Positions 59,221 through 64,000 of a stretch of DNA of 64,000 bases are shown piece after piece (position 1 is the first letter of the stretch; each line of letters begins with the position of its first letter). This stretch comes from Gemmatales bacterium (lineage in GTDB: Bacteria > Planctomycetota > Planctomycetia > Gemmatales > HRBIN36), in the NCBI GenBank assembly GCA_041640595.1, contig JBEPZY010000001.1, positions 1,026,657 through 1,090,656 of the forward strand, read 5' to 3'. Under the pieces are notes generated by a model. The model did not search any database. It was given only the letters and a program-made list of their open reading frames with translations, and was not told the origin of the DNA. The translations under genes were made by a program, and so were the position numbers.

Positions 59221-59922
59221 ATGCGCTACCACTTTCTCGGTATTCCCATTCTCACAGCCCAGACCGATGAGGAGTGGTTTCCACCGCTGGATCGGGTGGG
59301 GCCGGAAGGCTTGGTCTGCCTGGGCGGACAACCCACCCCACGGCGATTGCTGGCCGCGTATCGGCAAGGGATTTTCCCGTGGTATAGCGAAGGGGAACCG
59401 GTAGCCTGGTTTTCGCCGGATCCGCGTGCTATTTTTGAATTCGAACATTTCCATGTCCCCCGCCGGCTCGCCCGAACTATTCGCCAGGGCAAGTTTCACC
59501 TCACCATCAATCAGGCTTTCGCTGAGGTCGTTCGCGGTTGTGCACGCCGACCCGATGGCGAAACCTGGATCACTCGCCGATTGCTTCGCACTTATCTCGA
59601 ACTTCACAAACGCGGATTCGCTCACAGCGTGGAATCCTGGTACGGCGACGAACTGGCCGGCGGTATCTTCGGCATTGCCATCGGGGGTTTCTTTTCTGGC
59701 GAATCTATGTTTTACCGCATCAGCGACGCTTCTAAAGTCGCTCTGGTGCATCTCGTCGAACATTTACGCCAGCGCGGTTACGTGCTGTTCGATATTCAGG
59801 TGATCAACGATAACACTCGGCGTTTCGGTGCCGTTCTTATCCCGCGTGCCGAATACCTGCAGCGCCTGCAACACGCCCTCACCTTACCGGTCACTTTCAC
59901 CGACTCTCCCCCGCCAACTTAG
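59221..59922 (+). CDS. aat: leucyl/phenylalanyl-tRNA--protein transferase
   Basis: LLAAYRQGIFPWYSEGEPVAWFSPDPRAIF, HVPRRLARTIRQGKF and GESMF motifs. Confidence 0.9.
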   Translation: MRYHFLGIPILTAQTDEEWFPPLDRVGPEGLVCLGGQPTPRRLLAAYRQGIFPWYSEGEPVAWFSPDPRAIFEFEHFHVPRRLARTIRQGKFHLTINQAFAEVVRGCARRPDGETWITRRLLRTYLELHKRGFAHSVESWYGDELAGGIFGIAIGGFFSGESMFYRISDASKVALVHLVEHLRQRGYVLFDIQVINDNTRRFGAVLIPRAEYLQRLQHALTLPVTFTDSPPPT

Positions 59923-60090
59923 ACCGCAATTGATTAGGAAATGACCGAAATATAATGGCACCGCGAAACCGGAATGAACCGCATATATTTCGCCGGGCGC
60001 TTACAATGCTGGACGTCAGTATGCTTCGTCCAGATACTCCAACGCCGTCGCCAAGTCGTCCCAGCTTAGCGGAAAGCTGAGATAAGTACC

Positions 60091-61299
60091 ATGCGGCACG
60101 AGAAAAGCCCATTGCGTCGCTATGGAATTACGGGAAACCCAGACTACGGAAGTAAACCGTTCACGGACATCCAGTCTGTAACACCGGAAACGCCTTTGGA
60201 AAGGCTGAATTTGAACTGGCGTGAATGCGACCTCCCGGAGCGTGAACGCACCAAGCATGTTCACCGGTTACATCCCTACCTTGGCAAATTCGTCCCGCAG
60301 TTGGTAGAAATTTTCTTACGCAAATATCAACCCCGCACGGTGTGCGATCCGTTCTGCGGGTCCGGAACGACTCTGGTCGAGGCGAACTGCCTAGGCATTC
60401 AGTCGGTGGGTTGTGATGTTTGCGAATTTAATTGCTTGCTCACCCGCGCTAAACTCGAACATTACGACTTACTATTGCTGCAGCGCGAGGTCCAGGATAT
60501 TCTGGAACGACTGCGCTTGGGTCTCGAAAGCCCGCTGTTTCGCCAAGAAACGACTCATTCTCTCGAACAAGCCTCGCCCTACCTTCGAACATGGTATGCC
60601 CCAAGAGCACTCAGACAGCTCCTGTATTTCAAGTCTTTGATTCCGAACTATCGGTACCAGTTGTTATTTCAAGTCATACTCTCCAGGGCGGCTCGGTCAG
60701 CCCGGCTAACTACACACTATGAACTTGATTTTCCCAAGAAACCTCAGACGCAACCATACTATTGCCATAAACACAAGCGGGTCTGCAAGCCAACCCAGGA
60801 CGCTCTACAATTTCTTGTTCGTTACTGTGCCGATGCGTTACGGCGAATAGAAGAGTTTCAGAAACTGCGGACTTCTGCTCCTTTTCAGATTTTGTGTGGT
60901 GATGCTCGAAACGTGAAGTTTCCTCCCACGGACTTAGTAGTCACTTCGCCACCTTATGTTGGGTTGATAGATTACCATGAACAACACCGCTACGCTTATG
61001 AGTTGCTAGATTTGCCCATGCAGGTAGAGAGCGAAATTGGGCGAGCGTCTCTAGGGCAATCTCAAGCAGCTATTCAGCGTTATTTAGACGACATGAGCCG
61101 CGCGTTCGCTAACGTTTTGGAATCGCTACGCCCTGGAGGGCGAGTCGTGATTGTTGTGTATGACCGATTTCAACTTTATGATCGTATCGCCTCCAGGCTT
61201 GGCTGCCGAGTCGAACACCGGTTCCAAAGACACGTCAACCGTCGCACTGGACGCCGAGCTACCGACTTCTTTGAGGACGTCATTATATGGCGGGGCTAA
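60091..61299 (+). CDS. site-specific DNA methyltransferase (N4-C or N6-A; motif I before motif IV)
   Basis: HRLHPYLGKFVPQL, motif I DPFCGSGTT and motif IV SPPY (VVTSPPYVGLIDY). GC is lower than in the flanking genes. Confidence 0.8.
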   Translation: MRHEKSPLRRYGITGNPDYGSKPFTDIQSVTPETPLERLNLNWRECDLPERERTKHVHRLHPYLGKFVPQLVEIFLRKYQPRTVCDPFCGSGTTLVEANCLGIQSVGCDVCEFNCLLTRAKLEHYDLLLLQREVQDILERLRLGLESPLFRQETTHSLEQASPYLRTWYAPRALRQLLYFKSLIPNYRYQLLFQVILSRAARSARLTTHYELDFPKKPQTQPYYCHKHKRVCKPTQDALQFLVRYCADALRRIEEFQKLRTSAPFQILCGDARNVKFPPTDLVVTSPPYVGLIDYHEQHRYAYELLDLPMQVESEIGRASLGQSQAAIQRYLDDMSRAFANVLESLRPGGRVVIVVYDRFQLYDRIASRLGCRVEHRFQRHVNRRTGRRATDFFEDVIIWRG

Positions 61300-62117
61300 T
61301 TTCTGATGATATTCGAAGTGAGATCAAGAATTCGCTACGGAAAACTATAACAGAGAAGCTGAATCGCGTGCAGCCGGGCACGTTTTCGCCATTCCACCAA
61401 GCGTTATTCCCTCAGTGGTTACTGCTGGCATGGCAATTCGAGAGGACCTGTTCCACCGCCCTTGGAAAATTCTTTGAGAAGGTAGCGAAGCTCTTGGCCA
61501 GCAATTCACGCCGATACAAGACCGTAGAAACCCAAAAGAGAATTGAAGGCTATATTTCAAACGCAGCTAGCAGCACTATCAACTCCATTGTTACCCACCT
61601 CCGCGAGGGCGGAATAGAAAAGGCAGTCCAGCAGGCGGTTAGCAGCATTGGCAACCGACGGAAGCAAGAATACATCCGGAAAAGCCCTTTCAATGGACTG
61701 GCGAGCTTGGTTGCAGGTGCCTTTCGGGCTCCAAATGGTTCCAGAAAAACGATCGTCATAGATTTGTACCTGGAGGGTCTGGACGGGACGGAATATTACT
61801 TCGAAATGAAATCCCCTTTGCCGAATAAGGATCAGTGTATAGCCACTACCGAAAAATTTCTGTGGATCCATGCTATGCGTCCTCAAGGAAAAGTGGTCAC
61901 TAAATATGCGATGGCCTTTAATCCTTTCGGTGATGACCGGACAACTTACCGACATTCGATTGCGAAAAAGTATCTGGACTTGAAGACACAGGTGCTTATT
62001 GGTCAGGAATTCTGGGACTTGCTTGCAGGCAAAGGCGTTTATCTCGAATTACTGGATGTGTACAAGGAAGTTGGTCAGGAGCTAATTGCCGAATTTGAAT
62101 CTAAGTTACAAAGATAG
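61287..62117 (+). CDS. putative type II restriction endonuclease (PD-(D/E)XK-like; possibly TdeIII-like family)
   Basis: It overlaps the MTase stop by 13 nt. The candidate catalytic core is VIDLYLEG...EYYFEMKSP (D...E-x-K). GC is low. The family assignment is from memory only. Confidence 0.5.
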   Translation: MAGLISDDIRSEIKNSLRKTITEKLNRVQPGTFSPFHQALFPQWLLLAWQFERTCSTALGKFFEKVAKLLASNSRRYKTVETQKRIEGYISNAASSTINSIVTHLREGGIEKAVQQAVSSIGNRRKQEYIRKSPFNGLASLVAGAFRAPNGSRKTIVIDLYLEGLDGTEYYFEMKSPLPNKDQCIATTEKFLWIHAMRPQGKVVTKYAMAFNPFGDDRTTYRHSIAKKYLDLKTQVLIGQEFWDLLAGKGVYLELLDVYKEVGQELIAEFESKLQR

Positions 62118-62138
62118 ATGTCTGAGATTCAGCTCAAA

Positions 62139-64000
62139 CTAACTTTCGTGTGTCTGTGCGGAAAGGGACGATGTGGGTGATGAGCGATTGACTGGGCCGT
62201 TTGTGTCGGTTGTGAGCGGTTTTGAGGTTTTGTCCTTATCGTGCCGGATACTGGAAAATTGCAAGTCGGCGTCTTTTTCCGTGCCGGACGCTGATAAATC
62301 CACATGTAGCCGACGCCGGTGCGACCAGAGAATAGCTAAGTCATCGAGATAACTATAGACAATGGGAGTGGCCAGCAAGGTAAGCAACAGCGAAAGGGTC
62401 TGTCCCCCTACGACCAGAACGGCAATAGACCGCCGTTCTTCCGCACCAGGGCCCCGACCTACTAACAGCGGCAACATGCCGGCCACGAAAGAAAGCGTGG
62501 TCATCAGGATAGGACGCAATCGGTCGCGATTAGCTTGCATAATCGCTTCCAAGCGCTCCAGGCCTTGCTCTCGCAACTGATTAGTGTGGTCAACTTGCAA
62601 AATCGAGTTTTTCTTTATCACGCCAAACAGGACTAATATTCCCAGGGCTGAATATAAGTTAAGCGTTTCGCCACCCCACCACAGACTTAGTAACCCAAAT
62701 GGCACCGCTAACGGCAGGGAAATCAAGATGGTGAGCGGATGAATGAAATGTTCGAATTGCGCGGCCAGTACGATGTACATGAAAATGAGCGACAGCACGA
62801 ACGCCCAGGCGAAATCGCGGAACGTGCGCTCTAATTCCCGGCCACGACCAAGCACGCGGAAGGAATAACCCGGGGGCAGATTTAGTTCCTCGGCAGCACG
62901 ACGTAAACGCGCAAGGCAATCTCCGAGAGCGTAACCAGGAGCAACATTGCCCCGAATCGCCACCATCCGTTGTCGGTCCACACGGTCAATTCGTGCAGGG
63001 CTGAAGGCTTCCTCAAATCTCATCACCGTATCGAGGCGTACCAGCCTGGGGCGATTTGTCGTCCCTGTGACCACCGGATTGCCGAAACTAAGTCGTGGCA
63101 ACGGTGTCGCCCCCGACCGAACATAGAGTTGCTCGATTTTGGCCTTACTGCCGCGATCATCACCGATTAAACGTAACTCCACGTCATAGACATCGTCTAA
63201 CTTTTCGTCGCGGTACCTCGACACACGATCGTCTCCGCCTACCATAAGTCGTAACGATACCGCGATCTCTTGGGCATCTATGCCCAGTTCCGCAGCTTTC
63301 TGGCGATCGATCCTGCCCACCAGCTCCGGTTTGTCCAAGCGCAAGGTTATATCGGCGTCAACAATGCCGTCCAGACCACCGTTAGGGTCATTAATGCGAT
63401 CTAATAACTGCTGAGCGTACTTAGCCAGCGGGAGCAGTTCCGGTCCGGTGAGCACGAAATCTATATCCACGGGTGCACCCTGGCGCAAGGAAGTCAGGTT
63501 ACGCACAGAAACCCGCAGATCAGCAAACCTCGACTGGCGAAGTCGTCGGCGAATTTCCACCATTTTTTCCCGCTGAGTATAGTTGTTGCGAAAGGCATTC
63601 CAGGGTTGGCCGCGTAAGGTTTCGCGTATCAGTCGCACGATAGAGAAGGTGCGTTTTTCTAAGTCTTCCAGCCGCACGTAAATATTCGCACTGTTGACCC
63701 GTCCCAGACCGGAACTGCCGACAGTTGTCAGGAGATGAACGACGCCTCCGACTTGGCGGATTTCCTCCTCGACAGCTTCGACGACGCTGCGCATACCTTC
63801 GATACTCAGTCCCTCCGGTGCCTGGATGCTCACTTCAAATTCAGACTCGTCCACGTTTGTAGGGACATAATCCTGTTGCACCAGGAAATAGAGGGGCACA
63901 TTGGAGAGCAGAACAACGATGCTTAGAACGCCCACAATCCAGCGATGCCGCATGCACCACCGGAGCATGGCAAGGTAAACGACTTCAATCCAGTGATAAA
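62139..64000 (-). CDS. RND efflux transporter permease (AcrB/CzcA family), C-terminal half; 5' end beyond the window
   Basis: The frame stays open upstream of the first ATG (63968) to the window edge (...YHWIEVVYLAMLRW). RND TM7-12 and periplasmic-loop pattern is present. Confidence 0.85.
   Translation of the reverse strand, partial: YHWIEVVYLAMLRWCMRHRWIVGVLSIVVLLSNVPLYFLVQQDYVPTNVDESEFEVSIQAPEGLSIEGMRSVVEAVEEEIRQVGGVVHLLTTVGSSGLGRVNSANIYVRLEDLEKRTFSIVRLIRETLRGQPWNAFRNNYTQREKMVEIRRRLRQSRFADLRVSVRNLTSLRQGAPVDIDFVLTGPELLPLAKYAQQLLDRINDPNGGLDGIVDADITLRLDKPELVGRIDRQKAAELGIDAQEIAVSLRLMVGGDDRVSRYRDEKLDDVYDVELRLIGDDRGSKAKIEQLYVRSGATPLPRLSFGNPVVTGTTNRPRLVRLDTVMRFEEAFSPARIDRVDRQRMVAIRGNVAPGYALGDCLARLRRAAEELNLPPGYSFRVLGRGRELERTFRDFAWAFVLSLIFMYIVLAAQFEHFIHPLTILISLPLAVPFGLLSLWWGGETLNLYSALGILVLFGVIKKNSILQVDHTNQLREQGLERLEAIMQANRDRLRPILMTTLSFVAGMLPLLVGRGPGAEERRSIAVLVVGGQTLSLLLTLLATPIVYSYLDDLAILWSHRRRLHVDLSASGTEKDADLQFSSIRHDKDKTSKPLTTDTNGPVNRSSPTSSLSAQTHES

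Overview
Dense 64-kb chromosomal segment, roughly 55-60% GC from hand counts of a few lines. Gene content looks like Planctomycetota: an HX9DG/DUF1559-type prepilin-like protein, a TIGR03000-type domain protein, a sulfatase, several Ser/Thr kinases, an ECF sigma factor and a WD40 protein. I support about 50 protein-coding genes on both strands. Most are housekeeping: glnA, clpS, bpt, xylA, cimA, valS, apbE, metE, hisD-hisC-hisB, mutS, tatA, aat, and RND efflux (partial at the 3' edge). I saw no rRNA, tRNA, CRISPR array, transposase or integrase. Many long ORFs in the track are antisense shadows of real genes, as expected for GC-rich DNA, and were rejected. Several ORF starts were trimmed to internal ATG/GTG codons preceded by GGAGG-like ribosome-binding sites. 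Main observations: (1) An 18-codon leader ORF (MLVRVGRIGEAVIIITGL, three consecutive ATT Ile codons) is followed by mutually exclusive GC hairpins and a strong intrinsic terminator 20 nt before citramalate synthase. Citramalate synthase is the first enzyme of the citramalate route to isoleucine, so this looks like classical ribosome-mediated attenuation. (2) A sigma-54-type -24/-12 promoter and a 10-bp leader hairpin lie in front of glnA. (3) An N-terminally truncated ClpP-like gene sits directly upstream of clpS, and both N-degron transferases (bpt, aat) are in the window. (4) A lower-GC two-gene type II restriction-modification islet lies between aat and an RND pump. (5) A Ser/Thr kinase split by a 1-nt frameshift lies divergent from an ECF sigma/anti-sigma pair. 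(6) One protein is built from four Tudor/Agenet-like modules. (7) Two perfect 29-bp direct repeats are followed by an orphan terminator. All functional calls rest on motif recognition by eye; no database search was run.
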